A stretch of 64,000 nt of DNA from Candidatus Poribacteria bacterium (GTDB lineage: Bacteria > Poribacteria > WGA-4E > WGA-3G). The stretch is from contig OZ244048.1 in NCBI GenBank assembly GCA_965215265.1, positions 3,968,001 to 4,032,000 of the forward strand. Reading direction: 5' to 3'. Both the position numbers and the translations under genes were made by a program. This document shows, piece by piece, positions 10,339 through 21,084 of the stretch (within the stretch, counting starts at the first letter, position 1; each line of letters begins with the position of its first letter). The notes under the pieces are model-generated. The model was not told where the DNA came from. It ran no database searches and was given only the letters and a program-made list of their open reading frames with translations.

Positions 10339-11502
10339 GTGAAAAACATCATCTATATGGATAACCATGCTACAACGCCTGTCGCGCCGGAAGTGTTAGC
10401 GGCTATGATACCCTATTTAAAGACGCATTTCGGCAATGCCGCAAGCACCCATCTGTTCGGGATTGTCGCAAAGGAGGCGGTAGAAACAGCACGCCAACAA
10501 GTTGCTGATCTGCTCGGTTGCTCTGCTGAAGAGGTGATATTCACGAGCGGGGCCACTGAGTCGGATAACCTTGCAATCAGAGGCGTTGCTTACGCCTGTC
10601 GAGATAACGGAAATCACATTATCACGAGCACAGCAGAGCATCACGCTGTCTTGGATACTTGCCACGCATTAGAAGCGGACGGGTTTGAAACGACGTATCT
10701 GCCTGTAGATAGATACGGGATGGTTGATCCAGGCGATGTAGAGCGTGCTGTAACCTCGAAAACGGTGCTAATGAGTTTTATGTATGCGAATAACGAGGTC
10801 GGCACGATAAATCCGCTCTCCGATATCGCCGCGATTGCTGCCAAACATGGCGTGATTCTTCATTCAGATGCGGTGCAAGGCATCGGGAAATTGATGTCAA
10901 ATGTGGATACGTTGGGGTTAGAATTGGCATCGATAACCGCGCACAAGATGTATGGACCGAAAGGGGTTGGCGCGCTTTACGTTAGGAGCCGAGGCGGCAC
11001 CCCTATCCGAGGAATGTATCCGCTCTTCTATGGCGGCGGTCAAGAGACGGGCATTCGCCCTGGTACATTAAACGTCGCCGGCATTGTCGGCTTAGGTGGT
11101 GCCTGTGAACTCGCTTCAAAACATCTTGAAACGGAGAAAACGCACGTCGCAGCGTTGCGCGATGTCCTTCACCAAAAATTAGATGCACGGTTATCAGATA
11201 TTCACCTCAACGGGCACCCTGAAAAACGGCTGCCGGGCAACTTGAACCTCTCTTTTAGGGGCGTACAAAGCCACGCATTACTAATGGGGCTTAAACGGGT
11301 TGCGGTTTCAACAGGCTCCGCGTGTGATTCTGAATCAGTCAAACCTTCGCATGTTTTAACTGCAATGGGCATCCCGCAGGAACTGGCAGTAACAGCCATC
11401 CGGTTCGGTTTGGGGCGTTATAATACGTTGGAAGAAGTCAATATCGTCGTTGATGAAGTCGTGGCAGCCGTTAACCGGCTTCGCGAACTATCGAGGGGTT
11501 AG
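10339..11502 (+). CDS. iscS: Cysteine desulfurase (IscS/NifS group I)
   Basis: YMDNHATTP, FTSGATES, HSDAVQ, AHKMYGPKG (PLP Lys), STGSAC catalytic Cys. Confidence 0.9.
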   Translation: MKNIIYMDNHATTPVAPEVLAAMIPYLKTHFGNAASTHLFGIVAKEAVETARQQVADLLGCSAEEVIFTSGATESDNLAIRGVAYACRDNGNHIITSTAEHHAVLDTCHALEADGFETTYLPVDRYGMVDPGDVERAVTSKTVLMSFMYANNEVGTINPLSDIAAIAAKHGVILHSDAVQGIGKLMSNVDTLGLELASITAHKMYGPKGVGALYVRSRGGTPIRGMYPLFYGGGQETGIRPGTLNVAGIVGLGGACELASKHLETEKTHVAALRDVLHQKLDARLSDIHLNGHPEKRLPGNLNLSFRGVQSHALLMGLKRVAVSTGSACDSESVKPSHVLTAMGIPQELAVTAIRFGLGRYNTLEEVNIVVDEVVAAVNRLRELSRG

Positions 11503-11545
11503 CCTGTCGCGAGGGATACGACAATTTTGAACAGCAACCTGTTTT

Positions 11546-13588
11546 ATGCTTACGTTTGAACAACTCCTTTCATGTGGATTAGACAAGGCAGCGGCTTCAG
11601 AGATAGCAGCCAAAGTGAATAGGCTTTTGGTGAAGCTGCCCGCGCCGGACTGTTGGCGTGAAATTTCACGCAGTCTTCTCAAGCCGCAACACCCATTCGC
11701 CCTGCACCAATTACTCTATGAAAAGACGTATGCTCAGTGGAATGTCACGACGCACGGCCCTTCACCTGCCTGGTTCCCTACCAAAGAGGACATCGTTAAC
11801 GCAAATATAACTCGTCTGATGGAAGCACTCCAGATAGATACCTATTCGGAATTCCATGCCTGGACAGTAAAGAATCGCAACGCGTTTTGGCAAAAGATGA
11901 TTGACACGTTGGGCATCAAAGTGGGGGAGACAAACCGAGGTGGCGGGGCCGCTTCAACAGTCAGCGTAATCGATGGATTTTCGGGTGGCGGGTACGCAGA
12001 TATGACAGTTGTACCTGACTTCAACATCGCCGAGAGTTGTTTTAATGCCCCCGATGATGCCACTGCGATTATCGCACAATCTGAAACGGACGGAGTCCCA
12101 TTCACGCTAACTTATTGTGAATTGGAAAGCCTCACCAACCGCGTAGCTAACGGACTCATTGAGCTCGGTATAGAGCCCGGAGACGCAATCGCTGTTGATA
12201 TGCCGATGAACGCCGAGTCTGTAGCGATCTATCTAGGGGTTATCAAAGCCGGTTGTGCAGTAGTTTCTATCGCTGATAGTTTTGCCCCGGATGAAATAGC
12301 GACGCGGCTCCGCATTGGTCATGCAAAAGTTATCTTCACACAAGACTATATTTATAGAGGCGGCAAACGTTTGCCCTTGTATGAGAAAGTCGTCGCCGCC
12401 AATTCCCCGATGGCAATCCTCCTAGGGGCAACCGCAGACGCATCTGTTCTGCGGACAGATGACAGGTTATGGAATGATTTCCTCAGCGATACTGAGACAT
12501 TTTCTGCGATGCCGTGTGATGCTGAATTGCATACCAACATCCTCTTTTCTTCTGGGACGACTGGGGAACCGAAGGCAATTCCGTGGACGCATACGACTCC
12601 GATTAAATGTGCCACCGATGCTTACCTGCACCATGATATTCATCCTGGGGACGTTCTGGCCTGGCCAACGAACCTGGGTTGGATGATGGGCCCATGGCTT
12701 ATCTATGCCAGTTTAATTAATAAAGCCACTATTGCCCTGTACGATGGGTTACCAACGACGCGCGATTTCGGGGTCTTTGTGGAAAAGGCTAACGTCAACA
12801 TGCTCGGTGTCGTCCCAACACTCGTACGTGCGTGGAAAAATACTGATTGCATGGCTGGACTTGACTGGAGCGCCCTCAGGACGTTCAGTTCCACAGGCGA
12901 ATGTTCGAATCCGACAGAGATGTTGTTTCTGATGTCGATTGCTGGCTATCGCCCGGTGATTGAGTATTGTGGTGGCACTGAAATTGGTGGTGCGTATATA
13001 ACCGGTACCCGGGTGCAGCCGGCAGCGCCTTCAACCTTCACAACGCCTGCACTCGGCTTGGATTTTCTGCTCTTTGATGAGGTGGGGGCTCCAACAGATA
13101 ATGGCGAAGTTTTCATCATTCCCCCATCCGTCGGGTTGTCTACGACGCTTCTGAATGCTGAACATGATGCCGTCTACTTTTCGGATACGCCCAAACGCGG
13201 GGTGCGCCGACACGGGGATGCGTTGGAACAGTTAGCCAACGGCTACTACCGGATTCACGGACGTGTTGACGATACGATGAACTTGAGCGGAATTAAGGTG
13301 AGCTCCGCAGAAATTGAGGAAGTGCTAAACACCGTCACAGGTATTCAGGAGACAGCAGCGGTTGCCGTCCCGCCGAAAGATGGCGGACCGAGTCGACTGT
13401 TCATCTATACCGTGCTTAGCACACCCGGATGCGTCCAGACACCCGAAGAGATTCATCAGGCACTACAGGCAGCTCTCGGAGAACGGTTCAATCCGTTGTT
13501 TAGCATCCACAAGGTTGTCGTTATGGATGCCTTACCGCGAACTGCATCCAATAAGTTGATGCGCCGCTTGTTACGTGCTCAGTTGTAA
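11546..13588 (+). CDS. AMP-binding acyl-CoA synthetase (acetyl/acetoacetyl-CoA ligase-like)
   Basis: FSSGTTGEPK, YCGGTE, GRVDD, LPRTASNK adenylation motifs. Confidence 0.9.
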   Translation: MLTFEQLLSCGLDKAAASEIAAKVNRLLVKLPAPDCWREISRSLLKPQHPFALHQLLYEKTYAQWNVTTHGPSPAWFPTKEDIVNANITRLMEALQIDTYSEFHAWTVKNRNAFWQKMIDTLGIKVGETNRGGGAASTVSVIDGFSGGGYADMTVVPDFNIAESCFNAPDDATAIIAQSETDGVPFTLTYCELESLTNRVANGLIELGIEPGDAIAVDMPMNAESVAIYLGVIKAGCAVVSIADSFAPDEIATRLRIGHAKVIFTQDYIYRGGKRLPLYEKVVAANSPMAILLGATADASVLRTDDRLWNDFLSDTETFSAMPCDAELHTNILFSSGTTGEPKAIPWTHTTPIKCATDAYLHHDIHPGDVLAWPTNLGWMMGPWLIYASLINKATIALYDGLPTTRDFGVFVEKANVNMLGVVPTLVRAWKNTDCMAGLDWSALRTFSSTGECSNPTEMLFLMSIAGYRPVIEYCGGTEIGGAYITGTRVQPAAPSTFTTPALGLDFLLFDEVGAPTDNGEVFIIPPSVGLSTTLLNAEHDAVYFSDTPKRGVRRHGDALEQLANGYYRIHGRVDDTMNLSGIKVSSAEIEEVLNTVTGIQETAAVAVPPKDGGPSRLFIYTVLSTPGCVQTPEEIHQALQAALGERFNPLFSIHKVVVMDALPRTASNKLMRRLLRAQL

Positions 13589-13732
13589 TCTCAAATTAAT
13601 ACGTGTAAATCCAATAAATTCAATCCTCCCGTCTCTTTCTTGCACGTTTTCTTTTCATATAAGAGTTAGACTGTGTTAAACTATTATTCACAAGAGATAG
13701 ACTTGTAATGCTCCGGAAAAGGAGGCAGATCC

Positions 13733-14914
13733 ATGAAAATCTTAATGACCTTCAGTATTCCGTTTCTAATTTTCGCCGGGTGCACCAGCGTTGAATACCA
13801 AAAGATGCAGCGAGAACGAGATGGCCTCATTGCGAATTACGAAGAACTCCGCCGAGAGCAAGATAGCGGAACGGTTGAAGCCGAGTTAACAGATAAACTG
13901 CTCGGAAAATGGAAATTCCTTAACCTTGAGGTTGAGGCAGGGAATGTGAGTGAGAGTGTAGCCGAAGCAAAAGCCGCCCTATATGCGCTGGAATTGGAAA
14001 ATCTCACCCTTGAATTTTTTGAAGATCGTAAATCTTACTATTATCGCGGAAATAGAGGCACCACAGAAGTCTTCGGGCGATTTAACATCACCACCGTCCG
14101 CTACGGCGACGAGCCTTTTCCGTTCATTCGGTTCATCAGACGTTCCGGTCCGCTGATGGCAAAACTTCTCTTCGCGGCGGGCCCCGATGGAAGACCGGGC
14201 GGACTAAAAAGTGCACAAGTACCTTCTTCTGAAAAGGTAAACGACATCGGCATTTCTGTCACGGAAGACAGGTTATATTTTAGTTTCTATGGAGATATGA
14301 TCTTAAGCGCCAACGGTTGGGTGGAGAGCGGTGGACTCCGTTGCTATTTTGAACGAATAGTTTCTGAGGAGGACACCAACGTGGCATACCAAGAAACGCA
14401 GTACAGACGTGCGAAAACTCGTGAGGCTTATGAAGATGCACGCAGAGCAGCCGATGTCCGCACGAAGGAAGCTGCCTTAACCGATAAACTGCTCGGAAAA
14501 TGGCAATTTCTTGATATAGAGGTCGCCAGCGGTGATGTGAGTGAAGAGCTCGCGGCATCGAAATATGAACTCCATGCGACCCTCCGAAAAAACCTGACCC
14601 TCGAATTTTTTATAACTCGCAGCGTATTTCGACGTTACCGAGGTAAAAATGGAGACAAGGAAATATCCGGAGAGTTTAAAATCAACCTAAAACGTTTTGG
14701 TGGCGATTTATCCCTACCGCATTTACGCGTTATTCGGGATACCGGTGAATCATTAGTACCATTCATCTCTGGTATGCCTGATATACCCGGTATGTTGGGT
14801 ATTGTCGTTACCGAAGACCTGTTGTATCTAAACGTGTCCGGCTTAACAGAATTAACCCCAAATGGATGGGTACAGAGTGGGGGAATTCGCTGTTCTTTCA
14901 AACGGATTAAATAG
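13733..14914 (+). CDS. Uncharacterised lipoprotein with two tandem copies of the local paralog domain
   Basis: AAGGAGG RBS, IFAGC lipobox; LTDKLLGKWxF and NGWVxSGGxRCxFxRI each occur twice. Confidence 0.85.
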   Translation: MKILMTFSIPFLIFAGCTSVEYQKMQRERDGLIANYEELRREQDSGTVEAELTDKLLGKWKFLNLEVEAGNVSESVAEAKAALYALELENLTLEFFEDRKSYYYRGNRGTTEVFGRFNITTVRYGDEPFPFIRFIRRSGPLMAKLLFAAGPDGRPGGLKSAQVPSSEKVNDIGISVTEDRLYFSFYGDMILSANGWVESGGLRCYFERIVSEEDTNVAYQETQYRRAKTREAYEDARRAADVRTKEAALTDKLLGKWQFLDIEVASGDVSEELAASKYELHATLRKNLTLEFFITRSVFRRYRGKNGDKEISGEFKINLKRFGGDLSLPHLRVIRDTGESLVPFISGMPDIPGMLGIVVTEDLLYLNVSGLTELTPNGWVQSGGIRCSFKRIK

Positions 14915-15229
14915 GAGATGCGGAAATATAGTGAATTATGAAAATAAATAGACATCTCAGCAGAGAAACTTCGCAAACACTACGTGCCTTGGTAGACGAG
15001 GTTGCGTGAAGTTTAAAAATTGGATTCTGTCCTGACAGCTTCCTATGAAGAGTTATAGGGACGTTTTACTGAAGATTAAGATTTTAAATTGGGAACAACA
15101 ACTCTCCCAAAGACTTGTAAGCACACGTTTCTTTCCAGCAGATGATTACCCACTTAATTTTTTAATCTTTCCGCTCCGGTCACAATCTATAAGTCATTGT
15201 AAAATATGCTATAATTTTAAGGAGGAACT

Positions 15230-16168
15230 ATGAAAAGGTTAATAATGCTTGGCATAGCGCTCCTGGTGTGTACTGGTTGTACCACCAGGTCAGCCCAAGA
15301 ACTCCGGCAAGAACGGGAACGCACCATGGAGGCACAGGACGACTTGCGTAGTAAACATAATCCGGAAAAAGTCCAAAGTGCGATTAAGGAGTTGTTGGTA
15401 GGTCAATGGCAATTTGTAGATTTAGAGGTTGAAAAAGGTAACGTCAACGCGAAGTTGTTGAAAAGCATTCAAGAAAAAATAAGGCAGAAGCACATTTTTC
15501 CGGCTTCGCCAGCTACGAACGGCACAGGAGTATCGGCGAAAGTTGAAACCGACGCACACGGTCAAACGGCTCCTGAACCCAACGAATCAGGCACAGCAGC
15601 CCCAGCGTCACCCGAAGCTGTCACGACTGAACAGATAGAAACGGAGGACGCGGTGAGATTACCGCCGATCTTGGTGACAGATGACGAGAACAGCCAACAG
15701 ATAGCGGCGGCGAAGGCAAAGTTGGTAGCCGCTAACCGTAAAAACCTAACTGTGGAATTTTTTGAGCAAGGCCCCTCCTACTATTATCGTGGAATGAACG
15801 CTGGTACAACTATCACAGGGCAATGTAACGTTACCACGAAGCGCATTGGGGATGAGCCGTATCCGTTTATCAGTTTTAATCGAGCCACCGGCATTGAAAT
15901 GCTTGACTTTGTATTCGGTTCAGAAACGAGAAGACTCGCCCTTGCCAAACAAAAACGGAAAGCATTGGCTCGAAGTCAAAATTCTGGTATGAGAATCAGG
16001 CGAAGAACGATGGCGAAAGCTGCAGCCTCTCACTCAATCGCTTCAAATCTGGGAATCGCAGTGACAGCGGATCGGCTCTATTTAATTTTTTATGGGAATA
16101 TGGAGTTAACACCCATGGGCTGGATGCGTACTGGTGGACTGCGATGCACGTTCAAGCGGATTGAGTAG
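15230..16168 (+). CDS. Uncharacterised lipoprotein, same family, with low-complexity insert
   Basis: AAGGAGG RBS, CTGC lipobox, LLVGQWQF...NLTVEFF...ELTPMGWMRTGGLRCTFKRIE. Confidence 0.85.
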   Translation: MKRLIMLGIALLVCTGCTTRSAQELRQERERTMEAQDDLRSKHNPEKVQSAIKELLVGQWQFVDLEVEKGNVNAKLLKSIQEKIRQKHIFPASPATNGTGVSAKVETDAHGQTAPEPNESGTAAPASPEAVTTEQIETEDAVRLPPILVTDDENSQQIAAAKAKLVAANRKNLTVEFFEQGPSYYYRGMNAGTTITGQCNVTTKRIGDEPYPFISFNRATGIEMLDFVFGSETRRLALAKQKRKALARSQNSGMRIRRRTMAKAAASHSIASNLGIAVTADRLYLIFYGNMELTPMGWMRTGGLRCTFKRIE

Positions 16169-16320
16169 GGTTAGGATTTGTTATGCCCTGAAACGTTGTG
16201 TTTCATAGGATATAATGGAGCAAGGCATAAGCGGCATTACGTGTTTATCGCTTTTTTCTCTCATCAGTTTTGTGTTGGTGTTCGGCGGTTCAGGTATCGG
16301 GTAAACTGAAAAACCGGTAG

Positions 16321-18696
16321 ATGCACGGCGCTATGAATGAGATGAACCTTCCGATTACAGAATTAAAGAGAACATTTCAGAAGGCTCTTGCGGCTGGGCC
16401 TGTTGTTGTAGTAGCACCGACGGGGAGCGGAAAATCGACGCAGATTCCGCCGTGGTGTGCTGAGCTAACAGATGCCCCGGTACTTGTAGTGGAGCCGAGG
16501 CGCGTTGCTTGTCGTTCCCTTGCGCGGTGGATAGCACAACAGCAAGGAGAACCGGTCGGCCGCTCTGTTGGGTACACGGTGCGGTTTGAGGATGTTAGTT
16601 CCGATGCAACCCGTGTGCGCTTTGTCACCCCGGGCGTGGCGTTGCGATACGCAGCCGGGGAAGAACTAGAGAGATATGGCACGATCATTTTAGACGAGTT
16701 CCATGAGCGTAACCTAGAAGTGGACCTGTTTCTAGCCATCTGCCGGAAGAAGCTGCCCGCCACAAAATTGGTTATTATGTCTGCTACCTTAGCTGCGCAT
16801 CGGCTCTCCCACTTTATTGATGGGCAGGTGTTACGCGCAGAGGGGCACGTCTATCCAGTCACAGTGGAGTACCTTGGCGGGACGGTGGTTCCGACAGCCC
16901 GGAATTTGGTTGAACGCGTCCAAAAAGGGATTAATCGTGCACTCAAAGAGAATAACGGAAACGTGTTGGTTTTTCTCCCCGGTAAGGGCGAAATTCATGC
17001 ATGCCATGACGCACTGCGGCGGTTGAAAAACGTTGAGATTTTGCCGTTGCACGGCGATTTGCCGCCTAGTGAGCAAGATCGTGCGTTTGAGACACGCTTG
17101 CAGCGTCGCAGGGTTATCTTAGCGACGAATGTTGCGGAAACCTCGATCACACTTCCGGGTATCACCGCTGTGGTGGACGCAGGATTAGTGCGCGAGCGTA
17201 TCCATCAAAACCGGCGCATCGCTTTAGCGTTACATCCGATCTCGCAGTCTTCTGCAGAACAACGTCGAGGGCGTGCGGGGCGGCTCTGCCCCGGAAAATG
17301 CTATCGCCTCTGGGAAGCACGAGGTCAACTTGAACTGGAAACACTACCCGAAATACGGCGCGAGGATTTAACGCAGTTCGTCCTCGCTGTGGCTGCGGCC
17401 GGTTACCGTCCACAAGATCTATCTTTTCTGGATGCACCGCCGGATTTTGCCGTGGAGCGTGCGCAAACAGAATTGAAAAGTTGGGGGGTACTATCGGATG
17501 AAGGATACCTTACAAAATACGGCGCGCAGCTCTCAAATTTGCCTGTGAACGTCTCGTACGCTCGCTTGTTGGTTAAAGCATCGCCACAAATTCGCGAGGT
17601 TCTCGTTGATTTGATTGCAACGCTTGAACGTCCGGCACCGTTATGGCGGCGCATTAACCAGCTGCCGCATGCACAACGTGAGGAGGTTCAGGAAGCACGG
17701 CGTAAGGAGCTCTTCAGGGATTCGTGCGATGCAATGGCAGCAATCCGCGCCTTGCGGACGGGTGCTATCAAACGGCACCATTTGCACAAAAACGCCCTCG
17801 CTGAATGCCGCCGGATTGCAACACAGTTGCGCACTTTTTTTCAATTACCATCCTCTATAAACACGGAACATCCAGACAGGGGGCCGCTGATTGACTATCT
17901 CTTACGTGAATGGCCAGCGTGTGCTTATGTTAGAAGAAAGAGAGGGAACGGCTGGGGAAATGGACACGCAGAGGTGTTGCTTGATTCAGATTCGCTCGTC
18001 CAGAAGGATCAGCACGCCGCCTTGATTTTAGAAACCGTCGGCATCTCTAAAGGCACTCACGTCCAGTTGATGGGACGCACCGCTATGCCTTGCACCTTCG
18101 CGAATCTCATGAATGCTGGGATTGGAACAACCGAGGTGGCCACACCTAAAATAGAGAATGCAGAGGTTGTTGCAGAGGTAGTTACGACATACGCCGGGCG
18201 ACAGCTCGGCTGCGTACAAAAACCCCTGCAAGCGAAATTGCTGAGAGAAGCCGTCGCATCCCTTATCCTTTCCGGCAAACTTTTTCCGGGTGTGGCTGAA
18301 CAGTTAACACGAGCAACTGAAGCATGGAAACTCCATCGCGCGCTCTCCGGAGGCAGGCCCACAGAAACGGTGACTCCGCACAGATGGTTAGTTTCGCGAC
18401 TCGCTGTATTGGGGGTAGAAGTGTCTGCAGACCTGCAGCTTCTCTCTGCTGATGACATGAGGTTTAACAAGATAGACGTTCCCACCATCGCCAAAATTGA
18501 GAACCAGTATCCGAAGGAGTTTTCCGTTAATGGGGCAAAGTTTCAGGTTGAATATCATCCTGCCGAGAAACGGGTGATGCTGATATGGATGCGTGGCATA
18601 CGCCAGCCTGTGTTAAGTAAAATATTGCTACCGCATTGGCATGATTGGAAGGTGCAGCTAAATCTTCGTGGCCAGGTCCGCACGGTACGGCCTTAA
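16321..18696 (+). CDS. hrpB: ATP-dependent RNA helicase, HrpB-like
   Basis: APTGSGKST, DEFHER, MSAT, LVFLPG, ATNVAETSIT, QRRGRAGR. Confidence 0.8.
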   Translation: MHGAMNEMNLPITELKRTFQKALAAGPVVVVAPTGSGKSTQIPPWCAELTDAPVLVVEPRRVACRSLARWIAQQQGEPVGRSVGYTVRFEDVSSDATRVRFVTPGVALRYAAGEELERYGTIILDEFHERNLEVDLFLAICRKKLPATKLVIMSATLAAHRLSHFIDGQVLRAEGHVYPVTVEYLGGTVVPTARNLVERVQKGINRALKENNGNVLVFLPGKGEIHACHDALRRLKNVEILPLHGDLPPSEQDRAFETRLQRRRVILATNVAETSITLPGITAVVDAGLVRERIHQNRRIALALHPISQSSAEQRRGRAGRLCPGKCYRLWEARGQLELETLPEIRREDLTQFVLAVAAAGYRPQDLSFLDAPPDFAVERAQTELKSWGVLSDEGYLTKYGAQLSNLPVNVSYARLLVKASPQIREVLVDLIATLERPAPLWRRINQLPHAQREEVQEARRKELFRDSCDAMAAIRALRTGAIKRHHLHKNALAECRRIATQLRTFFQLPSSINTEHPDRGPLIDYLLREWPACAYVRRKRGNGWGNGHAEVLLDSDSLVQKDQHAALILETVGISKGTHVQLMGRTAMPCTFANLMNAGIGTTEVATPKIENAEVVAEVVTTYAGRQLGCVQKPLQAKLLREAVASLILSGKLFPGVAEQLTRATEAWKLHRALSGGRPTETVTPHRWLVSRLAVLGVEVSADLQLLSADDMRFNKIDVPTIAKIENQYPKEFSVNGAKFQVEYHPAEKRVMLIWMRGIRQPVLSKILLPHWHDWKVQLNLRGQVRTVRP

Positions 18697-18999
18697 CTCA
18701 GACAGGAAGTCTCTGGGATGTAGAGGAAAACCAAGACGGTGGCTTTCGCGCGTTTACCGGTTCTGACAACTTCAACGGAAATCATTGGCCGTCTCCTATA
18801 AAAAAAACTCCTTGAGCGGTTCTGTGAATGGCATCTGATTTATATTGACATTTCGCCCCGGTGCATGATACTATATTTTCAGAAACTTCTGATGCAGCAA
18901 CAATTTGCCTCAGGTTGCTGATATGACTGAATCATATATTTTCAAAGCCTATGCTTGGCAGGCAAGAATCTCTAACTGAGCAAACTGTGAAGGAACATT

Positions 19000-21042
19000 A
19001 TGTCGAATTCTCATCCTATACTTTTGTCAATAGTGCTAATCTCCGTCTTGTGTGCAAAAGTCGTCTCTAGTGAGCAGTATGCCATCGTTGATAGTGAAAA
19101 GGGGGATAGACTTACCGGAGTTTGGCGCGGTGCTTCTGATACTTACTTTGAGATTACGTTTGAGGGGCAGGTTTTACGTCTCCCGCTGAGTGGATATACC
19201 ATTCGTTTTACCTCAGACGCTGGGCATGTCCCGGATAGAATTGCTATGAAGTATTTTCGCAATGGGCGCAATCTGCTGGAATTAGGGCTTCCTGAACTCG
19301 CCAAACGGCGTTTTGAATCCGCCCTAGAAGAGTTTCCAAAATATGCAGATGCCCACTATCAACTCGGTTTACTTCATAAGGCTGAGGGCAACGTCGATGA
19401 AGCGTTGGCCCGTTTTCGCTCTACCGCGATAATAGATGCTGCCAATTTTGAGCTCGTCCCTTTATTTCGAGAGATTGGCGATATTGCCCGTGCTGACGGT
19501 GACTACGCTATGGCAGTCAATGCGTATCAATTGATTTTGACCTATTATCCTAAGCATGAATCGGTTCAGGAACTCAGCTATCGTACCGGATTTTTACTTG
19601 TAGAGCAATTGCAGGATGCAGCAAAAGGTTTGCCCGTTCTGGAATCGGCAAGCAAACAGTTCCCCAATGTACTTATGCACGAGAAGGCGCTCTTCCTGAT
19701 TGGAAAACTACAAGCAGAAACTGCAGAAGAGACTGAGCAGTTGGAAAATGCTCTCTACACTTTAACGGGGTTCGTTCAACGTTATCCAGAGAGTGGATGG
19801 ATTGATGATGCACGACTTGAACGTGCGATTGCCAATTTACGATTAGGTAGAAAGAGAGATGCTGCTCAGGAAGCAGAGCGTATCCTCGCAAGCAGCACGG
19901 ATACCGTCTTAAAGGAACGCGCAAGCGAAATTCTGTCAGAGAGTGCCTGGACGGTTTATACGGTATCAGATGGACTTCCGGACAATGCAATCCAAACTGT
20001 CACAAGAGCCGGAACCTGGCTCTGGATAGGCACACCGAAGGGCATCATGCCGGTCGAAACAGGCTATGGAAGTTGGACTCCGATGGAAGCGGTTGCACAG
20101 CCGATTAACGTCTATTTTGAAACTGTGCCGGATGTACGCGCGATTGCAGCGAATGCCGAAGAACTCTGGATTGGGACGCGGCATCAAGGTTTGCTCTCTT
20201 ACAACATGGAGACAAGCGAAATGCAGCAATACGTGGCACCGACTACATTGCCGAGTAACTGGGTTCGCGATATCAAGATGGATGATAAAGAAGTCTGGGT
20301 TGCGACGGATGCAGGCGTTGTGCGGCTGATTCGCGAGAGTGGCAGTTTTTTGATTTACAATACCCAAAATAGTTTTCTACCGATAGATGACATCCACACC
20401 TTGGCACTGACACCTACAACAGTCTGGGCAGCTTCAGTAGACGGCAGCATCGCAACGTTCAACCGCGAAGTTCCGGGGTGGGACGACTATCAGTCCACAG
20501 AAATGGAGCATGGCACCACGGTTGTCAGATTTTCAGTCGCAGCGGAACAACTCCTCTTGACATGGTTCAATGCTGAAGCCAAGGTCAACGGGTATTTCGA
20601 GGCAGATATAGACGGAGCCAATGGACAATCGACAACGCTCTTGACAGGTATAGAGACAAGAGCCGATTTAGATGATATTTACATTGCCGGCCTCGCTGAT
20701 AATTCCCCTATAACCGAGGAAGAGGAAGAAAAGTCACCCGTGGAAACACCAGATGCTGGCATACAAAATGAACCAGATTCTGAATTCCCTTCTCAAGTAG
20801 AGTCAGAAATAGAAACACCACTCCCCGCTGAACCACACACACCTTTGATACTGTGGATAGCCACGAACGATGATGTTTCCGCCTATTACACCAATTCTAA
20901 TACGTGGAAAACCATTAGAATGCCGCAGACAGTCACAGGGGAATCTGTGGTGCAAAGCATCGTGCTCATCAATGAGACAGCATGGATAGGTACCTCAAAT
21001 GGGTTAGCCACAATCAACTTGCAAGCCTTACAGAAACCTTAA
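19000..21042 (+). CDS. Secreted TPR protein with C-terminal beta-propeller (two-component-regulator propeller-like)
   Basis: Signal peptide, TPR-like helices, then repeats DGLPDNAI/LWIGT/VWVATDAG/WIGTSNG. Confidence 0.8.
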   Translation: MSNSHPILLSIVLISVLCAKVVSSEQYAIVDSEKGDRLTGVWRGASDTYFEITFEGQVLRLPLSGYTIRFTSDAGHVPDRIAMKYFRNGRNLLELGLPELAKRRFESALEEFPKYADAHYQLGLLHKAEGNVDEALARFRSTAIIDAANFELVPLFREIGDIARADGDYAMAVNAYQLILTYYPKHESVQELSYRTGFLLVEQLQDAAKGLPVLESASKQFPNVLMHEKALFLIGKLQAETAEETEQLENALYTLTGFVQRYPESGWIDDARLERAIANLRLGRKRDAAQEAERILASSTDTVLKERASEILSESAWTVYTVSDGLPDNAIQTVTRAGTWLWIGTPKGIMPVETGYGSWTPMEAVAQPINVYFETVPDVRAIAANAEELWIGTRHQGLLSYNMETSEMQQYVAPTTLPSNWVRDIKMDDKEVWVATDAGVVRLIRESGSFLIYNTQNSFLPIDDIHTLALTPTTVWAASVDGSIATFNREVPGWDDYQSTEMEHGTTVVRFSVAAEQLLLTWFNAEAKVNGYFEADIDGANGQSTTLLTGIETRADLDDIYIAGLADNSPITEEEEEKSPVETPDAGIQNEPDSEFPSQVESEIETPLPAEPHTPLILWIATNDDVSAYYTNSNTWKTIRMPQTVTGESVVQSIVLINETAWIGTSNGLATINLQALQKP

Positions 21043-21084
21043 AGGCGACAGTTTGCAATTCAGCTCGCTTAAATAGGGAGAGAA

